A stretch of DNA of 63,584 nt, counting the filler, from Bigelowiella natans CCMP2755 (taxonomy: Eukaryota > Protista > Cercozoa), in NCBI GenBank assembly GCA_000320545.1. It is 7 parts of 7 records of this genome, joined end to end, with 100 filler letters (N's around TTAATTAATTAA, not from the genome) between each part and the next. Parts side by side here need not be neighbours in the genome. Positions count along the whole stretch, not along the records: positions 36,950 to 46,694 come from ADNK01003599.1; positions 46,795 to 48,602 come from ADNK01002067.1; positions 48,703 to 50,679 come from ADNK01002783.1; 4 more parts are not named here. The stretch is one strand, 5' to 3'. Under the pieces are notes generated by a model that was given only the letters and a program-made list of their open reading frames with translations, had not been told where the DNA came from and made no database searches. A program made the translations under genes and the position numbers. Of this stretch, positions 39,106-50,058 are shown one piece after another; positions within the stretch are counted from its first letter, which is position 1; the number at the start of each line of letters is the position of its first letter.

Positions 39106-41340
39106 CTAACTTGTGACTCCAAAAGCATTGTTATCACTTGAGGCCAGGGCTCCCTTCTTTGAAGGATCATAAGTAAAATCTGAGAACACGCCGGTAGTGT
39201 CTGCTCCAAGATGGGTGTTCGGATTTGCTGGGGTGTCCTGAACCTTCTCACCGGTAAATTCCTTATCAAAATTTCCTGTGTCGGTGTCACTTTTTACGTC
39301 AGGCTTGAATGATGGTGTGTACTCCTTGTTGTACATTCTGAAAGTTCATTGAATATCATCTCAGGAATTCATTGCATACTTCTGCTAGAAGTTTGTTACT
39401 TGTTCCAATCAATGTCCTCGTAGAAAGCATGTGCTTTGACGTCTTCGACATCCTTTTTGCTTCCTAGACGTTGATCAGGATTCCTGTCCAACAGCTGTAA
39501 AGAGGATATTTCATGAACTATTTTTTTTTTATGATTTTTTAAGGATATTTAAAGTACCGCTCCGATGATGTCTTTGCAAGCTGTGGGCAGCCACTTTGGA
39601 AATTTAAGGAGGCCGTATTGGATCGCATGATACATTTCGTGAACATTTTGGGAGTAAAAAGGTGGAATGCCGACTGTGAGTTCATACAAAAGAATGCCCA
39701 AACTCCACCTACAAACACGTGTAGCTTCTCAGCGCTCTGATGTATCTACAATTAGATATTTTGCAAGACCAATCAACAGCTTTATCGTGACCAACAGCTG
39801 TGATGACCTCTGGGGCAAGGTACTCGGGCGTGCTGGCACACTCATTTTAGAAAATTTGATTTGATTTGCTGATTAGTTATTCTACCCGCAAAATGTAGTA
39901 GATTTGTTTGATGGATCCATTTGGGTGGAGAGTCCAAAGTCAGTGAGACAAACATGACCTATGTATCATGATTTCATTTTCTTTCATTACGTTGCTTATC
40001 TGTTGTACCATCGTCGTCCAGAAGTATGTTTTCGGGCTTCAAATCACGATAAATAAATCCAAGCTCATGAAGATGTCCAAGTGCGAGAGCAATTTCCGCA
40101 ACATAGAGTTCTGAGTAGCATGTACTGATGATTTCCCGATTTCTCACAAAATGTTTACAACGCAAATGCTGCTTACTTGCTAAAGGTACTTCAAATTTTC
40201 TCTGGTTCTTAAGATGAAAGAATAACTCTCCTCCGCGATAGAAGTCGAGAACGAAATACAACTTCTCACTAGTCTGGAATGCAAACCTCAACTTCATTAG
40301 GAATGGGTGCTGAAGTGATTGCAAGATTTTCCTCTCCGATTTCGTGTGCTCAACCTGAAGTGAGCAAGGCATTTATCAGATAAAGAAGAAATCATTAACA
40401 ATAAAGTCAAACCTGATGCCTCTGTACGATTGCTTTCTTCTTCAAGATTTTCATCGCATACACCTTTCCATCCTTTTTGCGACGAACTTGCATGACTTTA
40501 CCAAAGCTCCCTCGACCTAGGACCTTAAGAAGTTCAAAATCTGCTACGGACACTTTCTCAGTACCCGAGATCATCTGCTTCGTGTTCTCTTTAGAAGCCT
40601 TTGATTTTGCTTCGTCCATTTCGGTCTCTTTATCACTGTCGTTTTTACTGACTTCTTCCATTAGTAGTTTTCGTTGCCGCAGGATGTCGGCTCTATCCCT
40701 TGTCTTCTTTGTCACAGCAAATTTCTTCAGCTCAGGTTCACGGATGCTCATGCATAGCAGCTTTTTCTTTTCCGTCGGGTGGCACGTAGCATATTTTTTA
40801 AAGAGGGACTGTACCAGCTTTATGATCTCTTTTTTTTTCTCCTACAAAATGTCAATTCAGCTGTGATAATGTTATACCTGTAAATAACATCTTACGCTGC
40901 GAAAGTGGTAATCGTATTCCGATGGCACTAAGATTGAGCAGAAGCAAAGCATATTTTTGTGACTGCTCAAATTATATAGACAAAGTAATATTGGCACACC
41001 ATTGAGCAAGAACTCCTCAGATGCTAAGCTTGCGGTTAAGGATCCAACAGATTGAATGGCAATTCGACGCTTACAAGAATACGAGTCTTTGAGCAGATTG
41101 TATCTGTTTTTTTGAAATATGTTAATGATTGCACAACAGATATAAAAAGTAAATTACATACATTGCTTTATCTGTGATAACAAGCACTCGGGGTTGCTCC
41201 TTTCCTTTTCTATTGATCTTGGTGACGACGTAGGAGAAAAGGAGAACTTCTTTGTGGGGAAAATTGTGGCCTTTGCTCTCCAAGACCTTGATGACCTTGG
41301 GATTAGATCCCAGCCTCAAATAGTCTTGATCTGCACTCAT
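39106..41340 (-). CDS. AGC Ser/Thr kinase (Akt/SGK/S6K-like) with an N-terminal myosin-TH1-like (PH-fold) domain; many short introns
   Basis: [63 protein letters not shown] and C-terminal hydrophobic motif FSDFTY. Confidence 0.95.
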
Positions 41341-42109
41341 TTCGCAACAGCTTCGTTCTTACGTTTTTTTAACTTGGATATAGACTGTGTGTTAAATTAC
41401 GAAAAGGATCAGCTTCTTTCATTGAAACGAAACGTGGAAACCATACCCTTGCTGGACTGAGGACCGCTTTCAACTTTACCTCTCACACTCAGGCGAAGTC
41501 CAACACAAATTTATTTGTCGCATGTCCATTAGTGCAGTCTATTTCTAATGCATTTCCCCAACAGATAGCTAGGAATGACAAAGTTCTCCAAACCGCCAAG
41601 CGAGACTCACAGCGAAGTGGATCTGAATGCAAACAGAGGATATTTTTCTCGCGCAGAACAATTAATTTCTCGCAAACTCTACCACATGTGAGCACTACTT
41701 TGTTTCAAAAAAACAAAACCTTTCTCTCAGGTGAACCAAAAAAGAGACATTTTTCTCCTTACGACAATAATTTTCAAGCAGCTTCATGAGAGTGAATGGC
41801 GACAGTGGAAAAATTGCCTCTTTGGCTTGGCTCTACCGGAGCACTCGTTTCGGACAGAATTGCATCCCATTTCATATAAATATCTGTCGATTCCACCGCC
41901 TAAATGAAAATTCCTTGGAAATGCTCGAATGGGGAGACGCAGGGATGAAATAGAGGCTATTCTTCACTGTATGGCAATTCATACTTTAGCACTAATTTAG
42001 GAACCCTTGATTTTCTCGGCTTTCAGTACGTACCGGAATGCTTTGTCGTCGGTATTCGTTTTCACCGACTGATCCTGAAAGAAGTCATTGGTCTCCATCC
42101 ACTGCCAGC

Positions 42110-43153
42110 ATGCCCCACGCCGGCACGAAGACGAGTCATGTCGAGACTGTTAATAAAACGGAGCCAACCCAATATTCGGAGATGGATGTCGCGATGTCTA
42201 TCGTGATGTTCATGGCGGCTTCCGCAGGAATGTCTATTGCAAATAAAATGGCAGTCGATGCTCTTGGCATGCCGCTCCTCCTTGTTGGCCTCCAGTGTGC
42301 TTTCACTGCAGCAATTGTACCTCTTGTGGCTTACAAAACTGTAAACCTTGGCTCCTGGTCTGACAAACTCCGATGGTTACCAGTTTCTCTTCTCTTCGTT
42401 GGAATGCTTGCTACCTCAATGGTTGCCCTTCACCATTGTTCTCTTGGAACAGCTGTTGTCATTCGAATGCTTTCCCCAGTTCTCAGTGTCATAGTGGAAT
42501 CGTTCTTCAACAACTCAAAGTTTATAGTCACCAGATACACCATTTTGGCCCTTGCGGTCATCATCAGTGGGGTTGTCAGCTACGGTGTCTTCCAGAAGGG
42601 AATTCATGCAGAGACTATTGGAATTGTGTTCATGTTCGCTAATATGTTCGTTGGTACCTCTGAACGTCTAGCCCAGAGGTTTTTGATGGTGGAAAACCCC
42701 GTAAACATGTCTGACACCGGGTTCATGATATACAACAACGCCGTCTGTGCTCTTGCAATGCCTGTCATGATGGTTGTCTTTGGAGAGTTCAAGATGAACA
42801 TCACTGGAACATTTACCTCAATGACTCCTTCTGGCTGGGCGTTTGTTCTCTGGAGCTGCCTCTGTGGTCTATCTATCTCCTATGTCGGATTCAGAGCCCA
42901 ACGCCGTATCTCGGCAACCTCCTTTTTGATCATCGTGAATCTGAACAAGATCCTCGTCGTTGCATTCGGAATTATCGTACTTGGAGAAGTTTACAACCCA
43001 TTCGCTGCTGTCGGAGCTTTCCTTGCGCTTCTTGGAGGGGCTATTTACACGTGGGATCGTAAGACTGTGAAAAATCGAATAGTGAACGAAATTGAGCCAT
43101 CTAAAAAAGTGGGAGATGAAGAGGAAGCCCTCCTTGCAGAAAGCAATGAGTAA
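42110..43153 (+). CDS. Nucleotide-sugar transporter (DMT/TPT superfamily, GDP-sugar transporter-like), intronless; alternative start at 42038
   Basis: About 10 hydrophobic segments; MSIANK, LQC, YNN and ISATSF..VNLNK motifs. Confidence 0.88.
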   Translation: MPHAGTKTSHVETVNKTEPTQYSEMDVAMSIVMFMAASAGMSIANKMAVDALGMPLLLVGLQCAFTAAIVPLVAYKTVNLGSWSDKLRWLPVSLLFVGMLATSMVALHHCSLGTAVVIRMLSPVLSVIVESFFNNSKFIVTRYTILALAVIISGVVSYGVFQKGIHAETIGIVFMFANMFVGTSERLAQRFLMVENPVNMSDTGFMIYNNAVCALAMPVMMVVFGEFKMNITGTFTSMTPSGWAFVLWSCLCGLSISYVGFRAQRRISATSFLIIVNLNKILVVAFGIIVLGEVYNPFAAVGAFLALLGGAIYTWDRKTVKNRIVNEIEPSKKVGDEEEALLAESNE

Positions 43154-43249
43154 GTATGAAATGATTTGAGATTGTGTCTAGATCACGGGGATCTTGTAGT
43201 GACTTTAAGATTTTTCGTGTAAATACCTTGAATTACACATATAAAAGAT

Positions 43250-43960
43250 GCCACATTTTTGAAAACATGCAAAAACATGTCCATCTAGATCTAAACATGG
43301 CTAGCTGGAGCATGTCTAGCTAGCTAGATGTGACTGATGATGCTCTGTCCATGAAATGAATGCGGACCGGCGATGTCTCATTGACGACGATGCAACAACA
43401 TGGCTAGATGGGATACATCCAGTAGCTACAATCACCAGAGTTAGAGAGCCCGGCTAGCCGGGCATGCACAACTCACGTACATCTAGACGTAAATTTTCTT
43501 CTGTCATGTACGACATGCATGGTGGGATGGTGGGTTGCAGTGCGATGAAAGCTAAGCTAGCTAAGGGCGCATCAGTGTCATCGTGACGTACAGCGATGGT
43601 GATGTGAACACAACACTAGTGACGTCTAGCTAGACGTGTAGGAGGTGTGTCATGACAGTGAGTCCTAGACTACTAGACTAGTACGTGGAGTCCTCGCATT
43701 GAGACAGGATGCCGCACCTTGCTACTAGCTGCTAGCTGCTAGCTTGTGCGTGCACAAGACACATGATACAACACACACACACACACACACACACACAACA
43801 CAGCCTACATGCTAGCGTGTGCGTGTGCACAACATGTCATGCCACGTACGCGCGCGCGCACGCGCACACAGCACACACCATTGGACATCGCAGTGCGGAC
43901 ATATCTAGCTATGTTTGCACGTGCACATCTCGACCATGTACAAACAGCATCACATGCGAC
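43250..43960. other. CTAG/CATG-rich, TpA-reduced island between convergent genes
   Basis: Frequent CTAG with residual GTAC/GTAG. Confidence 0.8.
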
Positions 43961-43988
43961 TATGCGGCGTACACTGTTGTGTGTACCA

Positions 43989-44035
<47 letters not shown>

Positions 44036-44369
44036 TGTGTGTGTGTGCGCGCATGCGTTTCAAGTGTCATGATGTTGGAGAGGTGTTCCATTGGACACAA
44101 ACGTATCAGCACAACACATATGATATAAACAATGTCTATTAGCCTGTTCATATATCTCCTGAATTGAAAGAAAATTTATCTCTATATGAATGCTTCAACT
44201 ATCCTTTCGCAGTTTGTTTTCTTCGCTTGCAACTCTTAGCGCTAGCAGGGAAACGCGAACGACACTATAATCCACCCAAACGAGGTAGAATGACAAAATT
44301 TTAAAGACTCGCATATCTCCTCAACTCCCCTCAAATGTTTGATTCTTTTCCGTATAATCATCGAGCTAT

Positions 44370-44873
44370 TCAGTACGCAGGTTCGATCTGGCACTCTTCT
44401 TGATATTCAAATTCCAAGAGCTCATGACGGCTGGGGATAGAACGAAACGTGTCCACGCCGAATGTCACGCTGCGCCTATGCTTTCTTTCGGACCCCTGCC
44501 GTTTTAGAATGGGCCGCAGTCGGGGCGTCTTGCATGAAAATTCTGAACTTGTCATAGAGCTGAGGCTGCTATCTTTAGAGGACTTTATGCTTTGAAGAGG
44601 CTCTCCCGCTCCTTGATCGTCCGAGAGCGTGTCCTCGCTCGAGATGTCGTCGGAGTGCGAGCTAACTCGCACCCCTTTTGGCGACATAATAGCGGTGCTG
44701 TCTCTATTAATCCCCTTCAGGTCGTCCATGGTAAGAATCAGTCCCACAGGTGCTGCATTGGCTGCGGTCATTTCCTGCTCCAGTTCAAACTCGCTCAGGA
44801 TGCTGGAGATCGAGTCGTTCTCAATGTCCCTCCTGCGACACTCGACCTTCCCACAGCACTGTTGATTACCCAT
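44370..44873 (-). CDS. Small hypothetical protein; N-acylation-like start (MGNQQCC) and PP1-docking-like motifs
   Basis: Intronless ORF; Gly2 plus Cys-Cys; RPILK...RRSVTF near the C-terminus. Confidence 0.7.
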   Translation of the reverse strand: MGNQQCCGKVECRRRDIENDSISSILSEFELEQEMTAANAAPVGLILTMDDLKGINRDSTAIMSPKGVRVSSHSDDISSEDTLSDDQGAGEPLQSIKSSKDSSLSSMTSSEFSCKTPRLRPILKRQGSERKHRRSVTFGVDTFRSIPSRHELLEFEYQEECQIEPAY

Positions 44874-45400
44874 TTTTTTCTGGTTATCTTCCGCTTTGCG
44901 TTTCGTGTTCGTGAAGGACCCTATGTAAAACGACATAACGGCACTTCATGCGTGTGTGAAATAGCGGTCACATAAAGTGAAAAACGATACGTAATGGGTG
45001 CAAACACTTCAGATGAAGGCCAACAAATTTTGATTTGCTGTGTTGGAATTGATCCTGACGTTCAGCGCAAGCTCCTCAGAGAGTCGATTGGACACCCTGG
45101 AGTGTACTGAGAGTGGGGAAAAGGTCTGTGTTGTCTAAACGGTATTTCCCATCTGAGCGTGCTCGCGGAGTGAACGAAATTTAAAAAAAAGGTCTCATCT
45201 TTCAGTAATGCTTTAAAATAGTCCTTCTAAACCATCTACATATTTCATCGTTGATAGGATAATTTTGGAAGCGAACGAGGCAATGCTTCGAGGGGAGCAG
45301 TGCTGGTTCCTTCATGCAATAGGAGTGAGAAACGAGAAACATCACAACCGAGAGCCTTAAGCACCCTCCTCTCTCACCGGCAAGTCAAACCGATACTCGA

Positions 45401-45460
<60 letters not shown>

Positions 45461-46269
45461 TCACAGTTACTCTCCTATACCTCTCACACGTACGTTGGTC
45501 TCGGTTGGGGCAATGCCTGGCTGTTCAAGGTTTGGTTGGGGACGTGCGCCCTTTTGGTTCGTGAGGCAAATTCGGATGAGACTGGCTACAAATGTTGTCG
45601 CATCGAAGAATTTGTCTGCTTTTCGCTTACCGGAGAAAAGCAGGAAAACACTTGAAGATCTACACATAAGATCTTGACAGTGATCTTCTGTTCTCAGGAA
45701 ATAAAACTAAGTTGCGTGTTTAATTCAAACGACATGTGTCAGAGAGAACAATTTAAAAGAAATGCAAACCGTCCATGCACACCTTCGTACCAGATAAGAG
45801 CTGCTTCAATAGGAAGACGCAAAAGGATTAGACTTCGATTTGTGAACCTGTCAAAAAAAGCTACGCGAAGAAGGTGACAAGGAATATCTTTTGTCGTAAC
45901 AACGAAACGCACTGAAAACTCGCTTAACTTCAGGAATAGCAGTGACACGCTGATGGGGCGTGCGAGCACATCCCGTCTTCACGAGCAATTCGAATACCGA
46001 TCCTGAGTTTCTAAAACAAATGAATGACTCATTTTGAAACATCCAGGAAAGGCCTTGACGCACCGCATTTTTCGCCTGAAAATCTGTAGAATGTGGGTAT
46101 TAGAACAGCATGTGAGCGCGAACCCCTCTGATCGACCCTGCTTGACTGACACCAACGGCAAGGTTGGTGCTCCATCTTTGTACGTATGTCGTTGAGACAT
46201 CGAACACTGAGGAGCACGAATCAATCAGAGTTGGAAGTTCTTTCCACAATGAGCCCTCAATTTTCTCGG

Positions 46270-46520
46270 TGTTCCAGTTGCTAGCTCAGCTAGCTAGCTA
46301 GCTAGCTAGCTGGCGGTCTAGCGGTGACAGTGCTGAAGTGAGACAGTCAGCTTGCCTCGCGGTTTTTTGGTGCGAGGTGTCCACAAGACGTGTGCAGTGC
46401 GTTGTGGCGCCAGGAAGTCTGGAATTGTGCACGAAAGCGATGCAATGCATGCTGGCTAGCTGGCACTGAGTGGATGTAGCGCGTACCACTACGCGGGCAC
46501 AAGTCACGTGCGACAACAAA
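46270..46520. other. TpA-reduced, (CTAG)n island
   Basis: (CTAG)n run at about 46280-46320 followed by TpA-poor sequence. Confidence 0.75.
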
Positions 46521-46572
46521 GGGGTTGTCGCGGATATAGAATATAGATAACGTAGATATTAATACAGCATAG

Positions 46573-46658
46573 GCACGTGGGTTCCGGCGGGACTCATGGC
46601 AGCACACCGGAAGTGTGCTGCCCCACGTGCGGCGGCATTCGCGAAAGCTTCGCGAATG
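46573..46658. repeat. Cluster of nested and adjacent perfect hairpins
   Basis: Stems 46573-80/46623-30, 46598-607/46613-22 and 46636-45/46649-58. Confidence 0.85.
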
Positions 46659-46694
46659 ATTACGCAGTGCACGATCTAATAAAAATATAATCTT

Positions 46695-46794
46695 NNNNNN
46701 NNNNNNNNNNNNNNNNNNNNNNNNNNNNNNNNNNNNNNTTAATTAATTAANNNNNNNNNNNNNNNNNNNNNNNNNNNNNNNNNNNNNNNNNNNN
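46695..46794. other. Artificial contig-join linker
   Basis: N44-TTAATTAATTAA-N44. Confidence 0.98.
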
Positions 46795-47144
46795 AATAGT
46801 CGCTGTTATGTCGTGAATTTTCAGAATATTATTGGATTTTCTTTACAAATATGACTTCATCCACACCATGCTGCGGGCAGTGACGACCAACAACTGGTGA
46901 ATGGGAAATTAATGCTCAGCAAACCGCCGATTCGCTCTTGAAGTCGCTCTGACTTCATTGTCGGCGAGTGCGAATTCATACTGAAACAAAGACTTTACAA
47001 GTTAATCAAACGCACGATTATCAAATCACGCTGAAGACTCTACAAGCAGACCGATTCGCGTGATTTCACGTCGGCGCGCACTCAATCTCCTCCTCCTCCT
47101 CCTCCTCCCTCTGCCTCTTCAACACGCTAGAAGTTACGTTCTTA

Positions 47145-48481
47145 TTACAAGTTCCAGAAGGAGTACTCAACCAAAAAGCATGGGACACAATCCTTTGGCG
47201 CCACAAACAGCGCCGCACTAGGAGGGCCTATGGTAGGATAATGGCGTTTGGATGGATCTGATGAGGTTTCGCAGCCCCCCCCTCCGCCTTCTCCTCCTCT
47301 CTTATCTGCGCCCTGCCTCGAGCTGCTTCTTTCGCAGTCATCATCGTTCCTAGCGCTATGCTTCTTCCCTGCTGCTAGCCTACTACTCGCCGTGCCATTA
47401 CTAGCTCTCTTTTCCTTCTTCAACGACGATGCTCTGCTGCCGCTGCCTCCTCCGAGAGAGTACCCGCCCCCGCTAAGAACGTCGAGAAGGAAAAACAAGC
47501 AATACAGCATGGGCAGGAAGGTGAAGCACTATGCCCCTCATGAGCAGATCCACGTATGATGTGTGGTGGTGGTGGTGGGAGAGGGAAGGGGAAGGAAAAC
47601 ATCGCCGCAATTAGCAAAAAGCCAGCCATTGCTTATTTGCAATTTTTTTGAAGAAAGTTAAAAAGATCCCAAACTTACCGGGTTGCTTTGCCTCCCCCTC
47701 CTCTTCCTCCTCCTCCTCCTCCTCCTCCTCCTCCTCCTCGTGTCTCTAAGCTTCCCTTCTGCCCCCCTGCCGGTTTTCGCCGTCGCCCTTTCGGATGGTG
47801 CTGCATCGTTGCCCACGCAATAAGTACCCGCCATCGTAAGCGAGCGCCGTGCGGAGCGTTCTTTAAGGTTTCCTGGTGGCGCGTGTGCAGTTGTTGTTGT
47901 TGTTGTTATTCATGCCGTTTTTTAAAGTGGACGATATGACAATTTATATAAACATATTAATATAATATATATATATATATATATATATAAATGTATATAT
48001 GGATATTATATATAATGATTACTACCAAACAAAGAGCGTCTGAGTTGAGCAGCGAGTGTGACATCACGATGCAATCGCTCTCCCCACCCCATTTCTCCTT
48101 GTTGAAACCGTGTTTGACGATTCGTGCAAGCTGTGGGGAGGGAGGGAGAGTAGATTCAAGAATGATTCAGTTATACAAATTATATATACATATTTGTATA
48201 TATATATATATATATATATATTATATTTATTCAAATAAAAAAATAAATATAACTTAGCATGCACGCACACGATGTAACGAGCGGCTAACAGGGTCAGTCA
48301 TTTCCATCCATCCATCAATCAATCAATCAATCAAGCAATCAAGTAATCATCACCGTCTTAGCGGGTGCAGTGAAGAGAAATAACGTTCCTTTGGCAGAGC
48401 CAAGGATGGTCCTTGCCCAGTGAGAGCACAACGGCTGCACGATTCTCTCAAGTTTGTACTCTTTCTCTGGCCTTAGCAGCC

Positions 48482-48512
<31 letters not shown>

Positions 48513-48565
48513 ATTGCTGCTGCTGCTGTTTTCGCCATTAGTTTGTGTGGGGCTGTATTTGTGTG

Positions 48566-48602
<37 letters not shown>

Positions 48603-49970
48603 NNNNNNNNNNNNNNNNNNNNNNNNNNNNNNNNNNNNNNNNNNNNTTAATTAATTAANNNNNNNNNNNNNNNNNNNNNNNNNNNNNNNNNNNNNNNNNN
48701 NNCTTGGAAGAAAAATATTCAGGGGGGAGGGCAGGAGGAAGACAGAGAGAGAGAGAGAGAGAGAGTAGCGGCGATGCGAAGATCACACATCAGTCGTCGC
48801 CGTGTTTCATCATTCTTCCAACTCATGCAGGAGGACAGAATCCATTCATGATTGCCGCGCTGCATCGTAGGTGTATTTGAATCCCACATAAGGGGCGGTG
48901 GGGGGGGGGGCGGGGATGCGATCTTGGAAGCTACCATTACCTTTTGGTGGTTAGCTTTCTCGTAAATATGCACCGAGCCGTCTCCGAAGTCCCTCCGACC
49001 CAAACATCGCAGTATTTGCTTTGAGCACACAAACAAGAAAAGGAGGTGGACAAGAGGATGAGAGTGCATTATTATAACATCAAAACCAGCAAGAGAGGCC
49101 TCCTCGTCTATCTACTCGTATGTTGGCATGATAAAGAGCAGCACAACGATTCTCGTATCATCGATGCTTGCATAAGAATGTGTTGGAGGAGAAAACTGCT
49201 GCCGCCTCCAATTAGTTAATATGCGCATCTACTATCTCTGCAGAATGCACCCCTCATTCTCATTCCTCGTTGTATATTGCCACCACCATGAATATCATCA
49301 TCATCATCATCAGCAGCAGCATCACCACCACCTCATAGATATCCGGCGTTGGGAGGTCGTAGGCGATGTACTCCGCGATTATTCTGCGTGTTACGGGAAG
49401 CAAGCTCGGTAGTACCTGTTCATGATATGCGAAGATAAGGTGACGATCCTAACGATGATGATTATAACGACGATAATGATGGTGGCGATGATGATGATGA
49501 TGATGATGAGGAGGAGAAACCACAAGAGTAGTTGCTTTCCAGTAGCACCTCCCCTCAAAAATCGAGCTTTTGGTGGGGGTTCGGAGTGGGCCGAGTGGTA
49601 AAAACTTGTGAGGGATAAGTTCTCAAGAAATAGGAGATAATCAGCATATCGTAACACACACACAAACACAACATGCGAATACACACACACACACACACAC
49701 ACAACATGCGAATGCATACAAATTTAAAGTATAGAGTATCACCCCCTCAAGGCCCTTTGCAAACCAGGTTTCTTCCAGTTTTTGCGGTGCAAGGTCCTCC
49801 ATAATGCCGTCGATAACTGTCCGCAGAGCTGTATGGTATCTCCTCCCTGGAGAGTTTGATCATTAAGCTCAATTGTTTTTTTAGAGTCGTCACTCGACGG
49901 ATGGTGAAGTCATCACTTCCATTTAGGCATCATGTACACGCGCGCGCGCGCGCACACACACACACAGAGA

Positions 49971-50012
<42 letters not shown>

Positions 50013-50013
50013 C

Positions 50014-50058
<45 letters not shown>

